Shown piece by piece: positions 34,373 to 49,112 of a stretch of 64,000 bases of DNA (position 1 is its first letter; each line of letters starts with the position of its first letter). Location of the stretch: NCBI RefSeq assembly GCF_946221635.1, contig NZ_CAMIHB010000006.1, positions 3,522-67,521 on the forward strand, written 5' to 3'. The DNA comes from an uncultured Rhodoferax sp. GTDB lineage: Bacteria; Pseudomonadota; Gammaproteobacteria; Burkholderiales; Burkholderiaceae_C. The notes under the pieces are model-generated. The model was not told the origin of the DNA, searched no databases, and saw only the letters and a list, made by a program, of their open reading frames with translations. Both the position numbers and the translations under genes were made by a program.

Positions 34373-37300
34373 GTGCGCCTCAATTCCATCAAGTTATCCG
34401 GCTTCAAGTCCTTTGCGGAGCCCACCAACTTCCTGCTGCCGGGCCAGTTGGTCGGTGTGGTGGGGCCCAACGGCTGCGGCAAATCCAACATCATGGATGC
34501 AGTGCGCTGGGTGCTGGGTGAGAGCAAGGCCAGCGAGCTGCGCGGCGAGTCCATGCAGGACGTGATCTTCAACGGTACCACCAGCCGCAAACCGGCCAGC
34601 CGCTCCAGCGTGGAACTGGTGTTTGACAATGCCGACCACCGCGCCGGCGGCCAGTGGGGCCAGTTTGGCGAGATTGCCGTCAAGCGCGTGCTGACCCGCG
34701 ATGGCACCAGCAGCTACTTCATCAATAACCAGCCCGTGCGCCGCCGCGACGTGCAGGACGTGTTTCTGGGTACCGGTCTGGGCCCGCGCGCCTACGCCAT
34801 CATCGGCCAGGGCACGATCAGCCGCATCATCGAGTCCAAGCCCGAGGAGTTGCGCCTGTTCCTCGAAGAAGCTGCTGGCGTGTCCAAATACAAGGAACGC
34901 CGCCGCGAGACCGAAAACCGCCTCTCCGATACCCGTGAGAACCTGACCCGGGTGGACGACATCCTGCGCGAGCTGGGGACCAATCTGGAACGCCTGGAAA
35001 AGCAGGCCGAGGTGGCCCAGAAGTACAACGGCCTGCAGGCCGAGGTGACGCAAAAGCAGCATCAGCAGTGGTTCCTCAAACGCGCCGAGGCCCAGGCCGA
35101 CCAGGCCAAGGTGCAGGCCGAAGGCCTGGCCGCTGTCAACGCACTCGAATCGCGCATGGCCGATCTGCGCCACGTGGAGGCCGATCTCGAAACCGTGCGC
35201 CAGGCCCACTACGCGGCGGGCGACCAGGTCAACCAGGCTCAGGGCCTGTTGTATGAGGCCAGCACGGATGTGGGCCGACTGGAAGCCGAAATCCGCTTTG
35301 TGGTGGAAGGCCGCCAGCGGGTCGAGCAACGCCTGGCCACCTTGAAAGAGCAGGTGGGCGAATGGGCGGTGCGCCGCGACGACGCGCAGGCCGAGATCGA
35401 ACGCCTGGCCGAGCTGGCTGCACTGGGAGAGGAGCAGGCCGAGTTGCTGGCTGCCCAGGTCGAAGAGCAGGCCACGCAGCTGCCCGACATGGAAGAGGCC
35501 GTGGCCAAGGCCCAAACCGAAGCCAATGACCAGCGCAGCAGCGTGACGCAGGTGCAGCAGCAAATCCAGGTGCTGGCCGCCGAGCAGCGCAGCATTGAAG
35601 AGCAAAGCCGCCAGTTGGCCACGCGCCGCGACCGCCTGCTCGCCGACCGCAATGCGTTGTCCGCCCCGGACGAAGCCCGCTTGGTCAATCTGCAGGAGCA
35701 ACTGGAGGCTGCGCAGGAGGCCAATGAAGTAGCCGATGCCCGCCTGCAGGAGTTGCAGGACGCTGTGCCCCAGCTGGACGAAGCCCGTCGCAACCAGCAA
35801 CAGGCCGTCAACGATGAATCCGCCAAGCAGGCTGATTTGTCGGCACGCCTGGAAGCCCTCAAGGCCCTGCAGGAGAAGGTCAAGACCGACGGCAAGCTGC
35901 AGCCCTGGCTCGCCAAGCACGGGCTCGACCACCTGCAAGGCCTGTGGACCCGCATCCATATCGAGCAAGGCTGGGAAAACGCCCTGGAAAGTGCCCTGCG
36001 TGAACGCATGGGTGCGCTGGAGGTCTCTCGCCTGGAGATGCTGCGGGCCTTTGCCAACGACACGCCGCCAGCCAAGCTGGCCTTCTACAGCCCGCCGGCC
36101 GCAGCCCTGCCCGAGCGCACCGGCAGCCTGCCGCGCCTGGCCGACCTGCTGCGGGTGAACGACGCTGGCCAGAAGGCCGTGCTGACCGAATGGCTGCAGG
36201 GCTGCTACACCGCCGGCAGCTTTGAGGACGCGCTGGCCCAGCGCGACAAGCTGCAGGCTGGCGAGAGCATTTACGTCAAGTCCGGCCACGTGGTGACGGC
36301 GCACAGCGTAAGTTTCTACGCGCAAGACAGCGAGCAGGCCGGTTTGCTGGCGCGTGCGCAGGAAATCGAGAACCTGGAAAAGCAGCTGCGCGCCCAGCAA
36401 CTCATCGCGGACGAATCCCGTGTGAGCCTGGCCCGTGCCGAGAGTGCCTATGCCGAAAGCGCACAGCGTCTGGTGAGCGCCCGCCGCGAAGCCGCCGAAA
36501 CCCAGAGCCGCGCCCACGAGCTGCAGGTCGAAACCCTGCGCCTCACCCAGATCCTGGAGCAGACCCGCGCCCGCAGTGCGCAGATTGAGTCCGACATGGC
36601 CGAGGTGGAAGCCCAACTGGGCGACCTGCAGGAGCGTCGCGTGGAAGCCGAAGGCCGCTTCGAATCCCTGGACATGCAGTTGGCCGACAGCCAGGAGCGC
36701 CATGCCCAGCTTGAAGAGCGCGTGATCGACGGGCAGCGCAAGCTGGCCCAGTGCCGCGAGCAGCAACGCAGCCTGGAACGCCAGGCCCAGGAAGCCCAGT
36801 TTGCCCAACGCAGCCTGCAAGCCCGCAATGCCGAACTGTCCCGTGCCATTGAAACCGCAGCCCAGCAAACCCAAAGCATCGCCGCCGAAGAGCAGCGCGC
36901 GTTGGACGAACTCGCACGCCTGACCGACGCTGCGGCCCAGGCCGGCCTGCAGAATGCCCTGGCCCTGAAGCTGGAGCGCGAGCAGGCCCTGGGCGCCAAG
37001 CGCAGCGAGTACGACGACCTGACCGCCAAGTTGCGCGCCAGCGACGAGCGCCGTATGCAGCTGGAGCGTGAACTCGACCCGCTGCGCCAACGCATCACCG
37101 AATTCCAGCTCAAGGAGCAGGCCGCGCGCCTGGGCTTTGAGCAGTATGAAACCCAGCTTGCCGATGCCCAGGCCGACCTGGCCGCCATCGAGCAGAGCAT
37201 CAAGGACGGCAATGTGCGCCTCTTCGGCATGCAGGGCGACATTGACCGCCTGCACCGCGAGATTGCCGCCTTGGGCGCCGTCAACCTCGCCGCGCTGGAC

Positions 37301-37888
37301 GAACTGGCCGCAGCGCGGGAGCGCAAGCAGTTCCTGGACATGCAGAACGTGGACCTGACCCAGGCCATGAACACGCTGGAAGACGCCATCCGCAAGATCG
37401 ACGCCGAAACGCGCGAGCTGCTGTCCGGCACCTTCGACCAGGTGAATTCGCACTTTGGCCGCATGTTCCCCGAGCTGTTCGGTGGCGGCAATGCGCGCCT
37501 GGTCATCACCGGTGACGAAATCCTGGACTCCGGCGTGCAGGTGATCGCCCAGCCGCCCGGCAAGAAGAACCAGACCATCCACCTGCTCTCCGGTGGCGAA
37601 AAGGCGCTCACCGCGATTGCGCTGGTGTTTGCCATCTTCCAGCTCAACCCCGCGCCGTTCTGCCTGCTGGACGAGGTGGATGCGCCGCTGGACGACGCCA
37701 ACACCGAGCGTTACGCCAAGCTGGTGGCCAGCATGAGCAAGGGCACGCAGTTCCTGTTCATCAGCCACAACAAGATCGCCATGGAAATGGCCGAACAGCT
37801 GATCGGCGTGACCATGCAGGAGCAGGGTGTGTCCCGTATCGTGGCCGTGGACATGGAGTCCGCCGTCCATATGGCGGAACTGAACTGA
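34373..37888 (+). CDS. smc: Chromosome partition protein Smc
   Basis: The 1171 aa protein has an N-terminal Walker A (GPNGCGKSN), long coiled coils, a hinge, and the C-terminal LSGGEKALTAIALVFAIF motif. It uses a GTG start. Confidence 0.95.
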   Translation: MRLNSIKLSGFKSFAEPTNFLLPGQLVGVVGPNGCGKSNIMDAVRWVLGESKASELRGESMQDVIFNGTTSRKPASRSSVELVFDNADHRAGGQWGQFGEIAVKRVLTRDGTSSYFINNQPVRRRDVQDVFLGTGLGPRAYAIIGQGTISRIIESKPEELRLFLEEAAGVSKYKERRRETENRLSDTRENLTRVDDILRELGTNLERLEKQAEVAQKYNGLQAEVTQKQHQQWFLKRAEAQADQAKVQAEGLAAVNALESRMADLRHVEADLETVRQAHYAAGDQVNQAQGLLYEASTDVGRLEAEIRFVVEGRQRVEQRLATLKEQVGEWAVRRDDAQAEIERLAELAALGEEQAELLAAQVEEQATQLPDMEEAVAKAQTEANDQRSSVTQVQQQIQVLAAEQRSIEEQSRQLATRRDRLLADRNALSAPDEARLVNLQEQLEAAQEANEVADARLQELQDAVPQLDEARRNQQQAVNDESAKQADLSARLEALKALQEKVKTDGKLQPWLAKHGLDHLQGLWTRIHIEQGWENALESALRERMGALEVSRLEMLRAFANDTPPAKLAFYSPPAAALPERTGSLPRLADLLRVNDAGQKAVLTEWLQGCYTAGSFEDALAQRDKLQAGESIYVKSGHVVTAHSVSFYAQDSEQAGLLARAQEIENLEKQLRAQQLIADESRVSLARAESAYAESAQRLVSARREAAETQSRAHELQVETLRLTQILEQTRARSAQIESDMAEVEAQLGDLQERRVEAEGRFESLDMQLADSQERHAQLEERVIDGQRKLAQCREQQRSLERQAQEAQFAQRSLQARNAELSRAIETAAQQTQSIAAEEQRALDELARLTDAAAQAGLQNALALKLEREQALGAKRSEYDDLTAKLRASDERRMQLERELDPLRQRITEFQLKEQAARLGFEQYETQLADAQADLAAIEQSIKDGNVRLFGMQGDIDRLHREIAALGAVNLAALDELAAARERKQFLDMQNVDLTQAMNTLEDAIRKIDAETRELLSGTFDQVNSHFGRMFPELFGGGNARLVITGDEILDSGVQVIAQPPGKKNQTIHLLSGGEKALTAIALVFAIFQLNPAPFCLLDEVDAPLDDANTERYAKLVASMSKGTQFLFISHNKIAMEMAEQLIGVTMQEQGVSRIVAVDMESAVHMAELN

Positions 37889-37933
37889 GCGTGTCAGAGT
37901 CATTCCGCCAAACCCATTGAACCGAACCCGACG

Positions 37934-42136
<4,203 letters not shown>

Positions 42137-42140
<4 letters not shown>

Positions 42141-42580
42141 GCTGTGGGCTCCGCGACTTGGCCGGGCGGTGTCTCCGGCCGCCGCCATAGCCACACCAGC
42201 ACCGTGGCCATGCAGGCTATCGCACCCCCTGCGGCCCAGAGCTTGGAGACGGTGAGCAGCAGGAAGACCGCGCTGGCCGACATGACACTGGTGGCGCCCC
42301 ATTTGGCCTTGCGGCTGACGACGCCGCCCCGGCGCCAGTCGCGCAGCATCCCGCCGAAGAGGCGGTGCTGCTCCAGCCAGGCCAGCAGACGTGGTGAGCT
42401 GCGTGCCGCGGCCCAGGCCGCCAGCAAAATAAACGGGGTGGTGGGCAGCAGGGGCAGGAACACGCCCAGAAACCCCAGCGCCAGACTCAGCAGCGCCAAC
42501 CCGCGCAGCAACCACTGCAGCCATGGCGCCAGCGGCGACGGCGTGCGGTTCGGGGGGGCGGAAGGTAGGGGCGCGGACAT
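42137..42580 (-). CDS. DUF454/YbaN-family inner membrane protein
   Basis: The start is the internal MSAPLPSAP...; the protein is ~147 aa with two hydrophobic segments, consistent with the YbaN family. Confidence 0.6.
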
Positions 42581-42616
42581 GCCCCGGATTGTGCCGTGTG
42601 AGAGGAACAGAGAACC

Positions 42617-43156
42617 ATGACCGTACGTGAAATCCTGAAGATGGGAGACCCGCGTCTCCTGCGCGTGGCCCAGCCGGTGGCTGCGTTTGACACCGACGCC
42701 TTGCACCTGCTCATTACCGACCTGCTTGACACCATGCGCGCGGCTAACGGGGCCGGCTTGGCCGCGCCGCAGATTGGCGTGGACCTGCAGGTGGTGATCT
42801 TTGGCTCCAATGAGCGCAATCCCCGTTACCCGGACCGCCCCATCGTGCCGCCCACGGTGCTGTGCAACCCGGTTATCACCCCCCTGGGGGATGCGGAGGA
42901 GAGCGATTGGGAGGGCTGCCTGTCCGTGCCCGGCCTGCGGGGCCAGGTGCCGCGCTGGTCACGCATCCGCTACACAGGCTTTGACCAGTACGGTGATGCC
43001 ATCGACCGCACGGTGGAGGGCTTCCACGCCCGCGTGGTGCAACACGAATGCGACCACCTCTGGGGCAAGCTCTACCCCATGCGCATGCGCGACTTCAGCC
43101 AGTTTGGCTACACCGAGGTGCTGTTCCCCGGCATTGCGGCGTCCGAAGACGATTGA
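42617..43156 (+). CDS. def: Peptide deformylase
   Basis: The GCLSVPG, EGCLS and QHECDHL motifs are present; the protein is 179 aa. Confidence 0.93.
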   Translation: MTVREILKMGDPRLLRVAQPVAAFDTDALHLLITDLLDTMRAANGAGLAAPQIGVDLQVVIFGSNERNPRYPDRPIVPPTVLCNPVITPLGDAEESDWEGCLSVPGLRGQVPRWSRIRYTGFDQYGDAIDRTVEGFHARVVQHECDHLWGKLYPMRMRDFSQFGYTEVLFPGIAASEDD

Positions 43157-43164
43157 GGGATTCC

Positions 43165-43233
43165 TTTTGCTACTGAAATAGTAGCTGCCCGCGCACCATC
43201 GACGCGGGCTGGACGCCATAAACATTGAAAAAT
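43165..43233 (+). repeat. Mini-element copy F, intergenic (between def and the GGDEF gene)
   Basis: TTTTGCTACTGAAATAGTAGCTGCCCGCGCACCATCGACGCGGGCTGGACGCCATAAACATTGAAAAATGG. Its closest relative is copy E. Confidence 0.65.
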
Positions 43234-43309
43234 GGCGCGGGCGCGTGCCTATGGCGTGGCAGGCGCTTTGGCGCTAAGCTGGGGCTCTGTTCAAGGCCCT
43301 TCTGCATCC

Positions 43310-44932
43310 ATGTACATGCCCGCTCGCCCCTGGTTGGCCCGTCTGGGAATAGGTCCCCGTATCGTCCTTGTCTTTGCCCTGGTCTTTGGTGGCATGGGCA
43401 GCCTGGGCTTGCTGTTGCTGCGCAACAGCCTGCTGCCTACTTTTGACGAGATGGAGCGCAGTTTTGCGCTGCAAAGTGCCAAGCGGGTGATTCGGGGGTT
43501 TGACGAGCAGATGAACCTGGTGGGCGCGTTCAGCCATGACTGGGCGCAGTGGGATGAGCTGTACGCCCATATACAGCGCCCCGATCCTGTGTTCGAGCGC
43601 AGCAACATCGGCCCCGAGGCCATGGCCGCGTCCACGTTGCACGCCATTCTGATGCTGGACACGGAAGGCCGCGTGGTGGGCTATGGCGCGCGCGCTTTCA
43701 GCGGCGGTGCCCAGGCGCAGGCCACGGACCTCGCGGCCCCGGTGCTGGCACGCTGGGCCACCCGCCCGCAGTCGGCCCGCACGGAATGCGGGCTGGCGCG
43801 GGTGGGGCAAGCCCTGTGCACCGTTTGCTGGGCCCGCATTGTGCAAAGCAATGGCCAGGGTCCCTCGGTGGGGACGGTGGTGATGGCGCGTGAACTCGAT
43901 GCCAGGGCCCTGGAGGCCATGGCCCAGTACGCCGGCGCGGTGTTCACGCTGGAGCAACTGGGTGCGGGCTACACGCCCCCGGCGCCGCTTCTGACCTGGC
44001 CCATGCCGGCGCTGCAGTACCTCTCTACGGCGGCTCTGCATGTGCAATTTGCGCCCGGCACGATCAGCATGCGCTACCTGCTGCGGGACCTGGAGGAGCA
44101 ACCCCTGTCCTGGGTGCATATCCAGATGGACCGCAAGCTGATGCTGCAGGCACAGGATGTGATTCGCGATGTGTTGTTGCAGCTGACCATGGTGGCGCTG
44201 GCGACGGGGTTGGTGCTGCTGTTCACGGTGCACCGCTGGCTGGTGCGCCCCATTGCCCGTTTGCGGGTCGATGTGGCGGAACTCAGCGCCAAGCGGCAAT
44301 GGGAGCGGACACTGCGATCTGACCGGCCTGACGAGATCGGTGCCCTGACCCAGGGGATCAACAGCCTGCTGGCCGTGCTGCGCGAGCAGGTGGGTGCATT
44401 GGAAACCCTCTCCAATACCGATGCCCTGACAGGCATTGCCAACCGCCGCCAGTTCGATGAGCGCCTGGCCCACGAACTGGCGCGCCTGGGCCGGCGCAGC
44501 GGGCCCTTGTCGCTGCTGTTGGTGGATGTGGACCACTTCAAGCTCTACAACGACCACTACGGCCACCCCGAGGGGGATGCCGTGCTGCGCCAGCTGGGGG
44601 CCTTGCTGCGGGCCAGTTGCCGGCAGCAGGACTTGCCGGCTCGCCTGGGGGGCGAGGAGTTCGCCCTGCTGTTGCCCGATACCGATGCGGCGGGTGGGGT
44701 GGCCATGGCCGAGAAGGTGATGAAGGCCCTGGCGGCGTTGGCGATGGCGCATGAACGTTCGCCGACCGCCCCTGTGGTCACGGTCAGCATCGGCATTGCC
44801 ACCTGGTCCGCGGTGCTGGAGGGCGGTGCGGACGAACTGCTTGCCCAGGCCGACAAGGCCTTGTACGCGGCCAAACACGGTGGGCGCCAGCGTGCCTGTG
44901 TGTACGGCACGCCGGCGGTGCCTAGGCCTTGA
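43310..44932 (+). CDS. Diguanylate cyclase with a periplasmic CHASE4-like sensor domain
   Basis: Two TM helices flank a ~250 aa periplasmic domain, followed by an HAMP-like linker and a GGDEF domain with an intact GGEEF motif. The start is probably the Met at aa 27 of the track ORF (43232). Confidence 0.8.
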   Translation: MYMPARPWLARLGIGPRIVLVFALVFGGMGSLGLLLLRNSLLPTFDEMERSFALQSAKRVIRGFDEQMNLVGAFSHDWAQWDELYAHIQRPDPVFERSNIGPEAMAASTLHAILMLDTEGRVVGYGARAFSGGAQAQATDLAAPVLARWATRPQSARTECGLARVGQALCTVCWARIVQSNGQGPSVGTVVMARELDARALEAMAQYAGAVFTLEQLGAGYTPPAPLLTWPMPALQYLSTAALHVQFAPGTISMRYLLRDLEEQPLSWVHIQMDRKLMLQAQDVIRDVLLQLTMVALATGLVLLFTVHRWLVRPIARLRVDVAELSAKRQWERTLRSDRPDEIGALTQGINSLLAVLREQVGALETLSNTDALTGIANRRQFDERLAHELARLGRRSGPLSLLLVDVDHFKLYNDHYGHPEGDAVLRQLGALLRASCRQQDLPARLGGEEFALLLPDTDAAGGVAMAEKVMKALAALAMAHERSPTAPVVTVSIGIATWSAVLEGGADELLAQADKALYAAKHGGRQRACVYGTPAVPRP

Positions 44933-47531
44933 GCGCGTCCAGCAGCTCGGTTTCGATATCGATCTGCGCGCGGTTGTGCTGCAGCTGGGCGCCGTGGATG
45001 AGGAAGGTGTCTTCCACCCGTTCGCCCAGCGTGGCGACCTTGGCCAGCTGCACCACGATCTGGTGGCGCGCCAACACGCGGGCTACGCTGTAAAGCAGGC
45101 CCAGCCGGTCGCTGGCAGAGATATTGAGCAACCAGCGCTGCGCCTTCTCATCGGGCTTGAGGCTGACGCGCGGGGCAATGGGGAAACTCTTGACCCGGCG
45201 CGACACCCGGCCGCGGCTGGGGGCGGGCAGGGGGCCGGCTTCGGCAATGGCCTGGGCCAGGCCGTTTTCCAGCAGGCTGGTGGTTTCGCGGTAGTGCTCG
45301 TCCATGTCGGCGCTGGTGACGATTTGGAAGGTGTCCAGCGCGTAGCCCTTGTTCGTGGTGTGGATGCGCGCATCCAGGATGCTGAAGCCGCCCTGGTCGA
45401 AATAGCCACAGATGCGGGCGAACAGGTCGGACTGGTCCTGCGTGTAGACCAGCACCTGCAGGCCCTCACCCACGGGCGAGCGGCGGGCGCGGACGATGGG
45501 CTGCTCCGTCGCCACATGGCGTGAGAGCTGCTTGGTGTGCCAGGCGATGTCGGCCGCGTCGTGGCGCATGAAGTAGCTCACGTCCAGCGTGTCCCACAAG
45601 GGCTTGTGCGCCTCGAAGGGCATGGCGTACAGGGCCACCATCACCAGGGCTTCGCGCTTGCGCAGCTCGACCTCGGCATCGGCATCCGGCAAGCGGCCAC
45701 CCAGGGCGCGTGCGGTGTACCGGTACAGGTCTTCCAGCAGCTTGCCCTTCCAGGCGTTCCAGACCTTGGGACTGGTGCCGCGGATGTCGGCCACGGTGAG
45801 CAGGTAGAGCGCGGTGAGGTAACGCTCGTTGCCCACGCGCTTGGCAAAGTCGGCTATCACCGAGGGATCGGACAGGTCGGACTTCTGCGCGATGCGACTC
45901 ATGGTGAGGTGCTCGCCCACCAGGAACTCGATGAGCTTGGCGTCGTCGGCCGCAATGCCGTGCTGCTTGCAGAAACGGCGCACCTCCACCATGCCCAGGT
46001 CCGAGTGGTCGCCACCGCGGCCCTTGGCGATGTCGTGAAACAGCGCAGCCACGTAAAGAATCCAGGGCTTGTCCCAGCCGGAGGCGAGCTGCGAGCAGAA
46101 GGGGTATTCGTGCGCATGCTCCACCAGGAAGAAGCGGCGCACATTGCGCAGCACCATCAGGATGTGCTGGTCCACGGTGTAGACGTGGAACAGGTCGTGC
46201 TGCATCTGGCCCACGATCTTGCGGAACACCCAAAGGTAGCGACCCAGCACCGAGGTCTGGTTCATGAGGCGCAAGGCGTGGGTGATGCCATCGGGCGCCT
46301 GCATGATTTGCAGGAACAGCGCGCGGTTGACCGGGTCACTGCGAAACTTGCCGTCCATCAGGTCGCGTGCGTTGTAGAGCGCACGCAGCGTGCGCGCCGA
46401 CAGGCCCTTCACGCCCACGGTGGTCTGGTAGACCAGAAAGGTCTCCAGGATCGCGTAGGGATTGCGGCGGTACAGATCGTCGCTGGCCACGTCGATCATC
46501 CCGGCCTTGTCGTTGAAATGGTCGTTGATGCGGCGCGGCGCGTGGGTGGAGGGGTTGAGCCGTTCCTCGATATTGAGCAGCAGGATCTGGTTGAGCTGCG
46601 TCACTGCCTTGGCGGCCCAGTAGTAGCGCTTCATCAGCGCTTCGCTGGCGCGTACCAGCAGGGGCTTGGTGGATTTGCCGCTGCCTTCCAGCGTCTGGCT
46701 GGTGTAGCCAAAGGACTCGGCCACGGCGGTCTGCAGGTCAAAGATGAGGCGGTCTTCGCGCCGGTTGGCAATCAGGTGCAGGCGCGCGCGAATCAGCAGC
46801 AGCAGGGTCTCGTTGCGCTGGATCTGTTTGACCTCGAAATCCGTGGCCAGTCCGCTGGCCGCCAATGCGGCCCAGTCATTGCCGTAGCCCGCTGCCTTGG
46901 CGACCCAGAGGATGACCTGCAGGTCGCGCAGGCCGCCTGGGGATTCCTTGCAGTTGGGTTCCAGGGAGTAGGGCGTGTCTTCAAACTTGGTGTGGCGCTG
47001 GCGCATTTCCAGCGTCTTGGCCACAAAGAAGGCCTTGGGGTCCATGGCCGCAAAAAAGGCCTGCTGGAACTGCTCCACCAGGGGCGCGTTGCCCGTGATG
47101 AGGCGGCACTCCAGCAGCGCGGTTTGCACGGTCACATCCTTGGCCGCTTCGGCCAGGCAATCGGCCAAGGTGCGCACGCTGGAGCCGATTTCCAGGCCCA
47201 CATCCCAGCAGCTGCCGATAAAGGATTCAATCTTCTTCTGCAGTGCCGGGTCGAACTCGGGCGACTGGCCATCGGGCAGCAGCACCAGCACGTCCACGTC
47301 CGAATGCGGAAACAACTCGCCGCGGCCGAAGCCGCCCACGGCCAAGAGCGCACAGGGCTCGCCCAGACCGGCCTGCTGCCACAGGCGCACCAGCACGCTG
47401 TCGGTGAGCCCGGCCATGCGCTGCAGGACCTTGCGCACGGCGCGGCCGGTGGTCTCTGGCGCTGCAATGGTCTGCAGCAACTGGGCTTTGTGGGTGCGGT
47501 ACTCCGCGCGCAGGGCCTGCAGCTCGGTCAT
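44922..47531 (-). CDS. glnD: Bifunctional [protein-PII] uridylyltransferase/uridylyl-removing enzyme
   Basis: The 869 aa protein has a nucleotidyltransferase domain, an HD domain and two ACT domains. Confidence 0.93.
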   Translation of the reverse strand: MTELQALRAEYRTHKAQLLQTIAAPETTGRAVRKVLQRMAGLTDSVLVRLWQQAGLGEPCALLAVGGFGRGELFPHSDVDVLVLLPDGQSPEFDPALQKKIESFIGSCWDVGLEIGSSVRTLADCLAEAAKDVTVQTALLECRLITGNAPLVEQFQQAFFAAMDPKAFFVAKTLEMRQRHTKFEDTPYSLEPNCKESPGGLRDLQVILWVAKAAGYGNDWAALAASGLATDFEVKQIQRNETLLLLIRARLHLIANRREDRLIFDLQTAVAESFGYTSQTLEGSGKSTKPLLVRASEALMKRYYWAAKAVTQLNQILLLNIEERLNPSTHAPRRINDHFNDKAGMIDVASDDLYRRNPYAILETFLVYQTTVGVKGLSARTLRALYNARDLMDGKFRSDPVNRALFLQIMQAPDGITHALRLMNQTSVLGRYLWVFRKIVGQMQHDLFHVYTVDQHILMVLRNVRRFFLVEHAHEYPFCSQLASGWDKPWILYVAALFHDIAKGRGGDHSDLGMVEVRRFCKQHGIAADDAKLIEFLVGEHLTMSRIAQKSDLSDPSVIADFAKRVGNERYLTALYLLTVADIRGTSPKVWNAWKGKLLEDLYRYTARALGGRLPDADAEVELRKREALVMVALYAMPFEAHKPLWDTLDVSYFMRHDAADIAWHTKQLSRHVATEQPIVRARRSPVGEGLQVLVYTQDQSDLFARICGYFDQGGFSILDARIHTTNKGYALDTFQIVTSADMDEHYRETTSLLENGLAQAIAEAGPLPAPSRGRVSRRVKSFPIAPRVSLKPDEKAQRWLLNISASDRLGLLYSVARVLARHQIVVQLAKVATLGERVEDTFLIHGAQLQHNRAQIDIETELLDALKA

Positions 47532-47544
47532 CGGTGTGGCCGAC

Positions 47545-48354
47545 TCAGGCCGTGACGAATGCAGGGGTGGCCGGGCTGCCGGCCGACAGGGTCAGCACCT
47601 CGTAGCCCGTGGGCGTGACCAGCACCGTGTGTTCCCACTGGGCCGAGAGCGAACGGTCCTTGGTCACGATGCTCCAGCCGTCCTTCTCGGGGCCTTCCTT
47701 GATGTCCTTGCCGCCGGCGTTGATCATGGGCTCGATGGTGAAGGTCATGCCTTCGACGAGTTTTTCCAGGGTGCCGGGGCGGCCATAGTGCAGTACCTGG
47801 GGCTCCTCGTGGAAAACCTGGCCGATGCCATGGCCGCAAAACTCGCGCACCACGCTGAAACCATGGCCTTCGGCGAATTTCTGGATCGCGTGGCCGATGT
47901 CGCCCAGGTGGATGCCGGGCTTGACCATCTTGATGCCGTGCCACATGGCATCGTAGGTGATGGCGCACAGGCGCTTGGCCGCGATGGAGGCCTCGCCCAC
48001 CAGGAACATGCGGCTGGTGTCGCCGTGCCAGCCGTCCTTGATGACGGTCACGTCGATGTTGACGATGTCGCCTTTCTTGAGCTGCTTGTCGTTGGGGATA
48101 CCGTGGCAGACCTGGTGGTTGACCGAGGTGCAGATGGACTTGGGGTAGGGGATGTTGCCGCCGCCGGTGTAGTTCAGCGGGGCCGGAATGCCGCCCTGTA
48201 CCTGGGTGATGTAGTCGTGGGCGAGCTTGTCGAGTTCGTTGGTGGTGACACCCGGTTTGACAAAGGGCGTGAGGTAGTCCAGGACTTCGGAGGCCAGACG
48301 GCCCGCCACGCGCATGCCGGCAATGCCCTGGGCGTCTTTGTAGGTGATGGTCAT
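47545..48354 (-). CDS. map: Type I methionine aminopeptidase
   Basis: The 269 aa protein has the pita-bread fold and metal ligands in canonical positions. Confidence 0.93.
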   Translation of the reverse strand: MTITYKDAQGIAGMRVAGRLASEVLDYLTPFVKPGVTTNELDKLAHDYITQVQGGIPAPLNYTGGGNIPYPKSICTSVNHQVCHGIPNDKQLKKGDIVNIDVTVIKDGWHGDTSRMFLVGEASIAAKRLCAITYDAMWHGIKMVKPGIHLGDIGHAIQKFAEGHGFSVVREFCGHGIGQVFHEEPQVLHYGRPGTLEKLVEGMTFTIEPMINAGGKDIKEGPEKDGWSIVTKDRSLSAQWEHTVLVTPTGYEVLTLSAGSPATPAFVTA

Positions 48355-48398
48355 GGGGCGGGATTATCCCAGACCTGCCCGGCTCTTGCCGGGCGGTG

Positions 48399-48815
48399 TC
48401 AATGGCCCAGCGGTGCGGGCTGGGTCAGGGGGGCGCGACGGCGGGGGATGTGCTGCTCGTCCAGCAGGTGTTCCATGCGACTGAACACTTCCAGACGGGA
48501 AAAAGGCTTCTTCATGAAGTCGTCTGCGCCAATGGCACTGCCGAAGAATTGCTCGGTGGCTTGCTCGTTGCCGCTGATCATGATGACCGGGATGTCCTTG
48601 GTCAGCGGATTGCGGCGCAACACCCGCAGTGCCGAGAAGCCGTTCATCTTGGGCAGCACAATGTCCAGGAAGATCAGGTCCGGGCGGTCCGCCAGGATCA
48701 TTTCCAGACCGTCTTCGGCACTGGCGGCCACCCGCACGTTCAGGCCTATGGACTGCAGGATCTTGCGCAGTGCGGCGCAGACGGTGGCGGAGTCGTCGAT
48801 GACGACGATGCGCAT
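48399..48815 (-). CDS. Single-domain CheY-like response regulator
   Basis: MRIVVIDDSATV...DLIFLDIVLPKMNGF...IPVIMISG is a receiver domain only. The start is trimmed to the internal Met. Confidence 0.7.
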   Translation of the reverse strand: MRIVVIDDSATVCAALRKILQSIGLNVRVAASAEDGLEMILADRPDLIFLDIVLPKMNGFSALRVLRRNPLTKDIPVIMISGNEQATEQFFGSAIGADDFMKKPFSRLEVFSRMEHLLDEQHIPRRRAPLTQPAPLGH

Positions 48816-49112
48816 GTCGCCTCGCGCGTTCAGGCGCGGGCGCAGCCGACGCTCGGGCAGGTGGCCCGTGGGGTCGACGATGGGCAGCGGCGCGGCGGGG
48901 GCCGCTTCGGGCGTGGCTGCGAAAAGACCACGGAATTTGCTCAAAAGATCCACCAACTGCGCTCCCGGATACAAAGACCTGCAGACTGTTCCCCGAATTG
49001 TCCGCTTTTTGTCATTGGGGGAGCGGACCGGCGAGACCGTCCGGCCAGTTAAAATCGCCGCTCACCCATCCAGCCCCTCGGGCGACGCTTCATTCTTTCC
49101 TAGGCCACCACC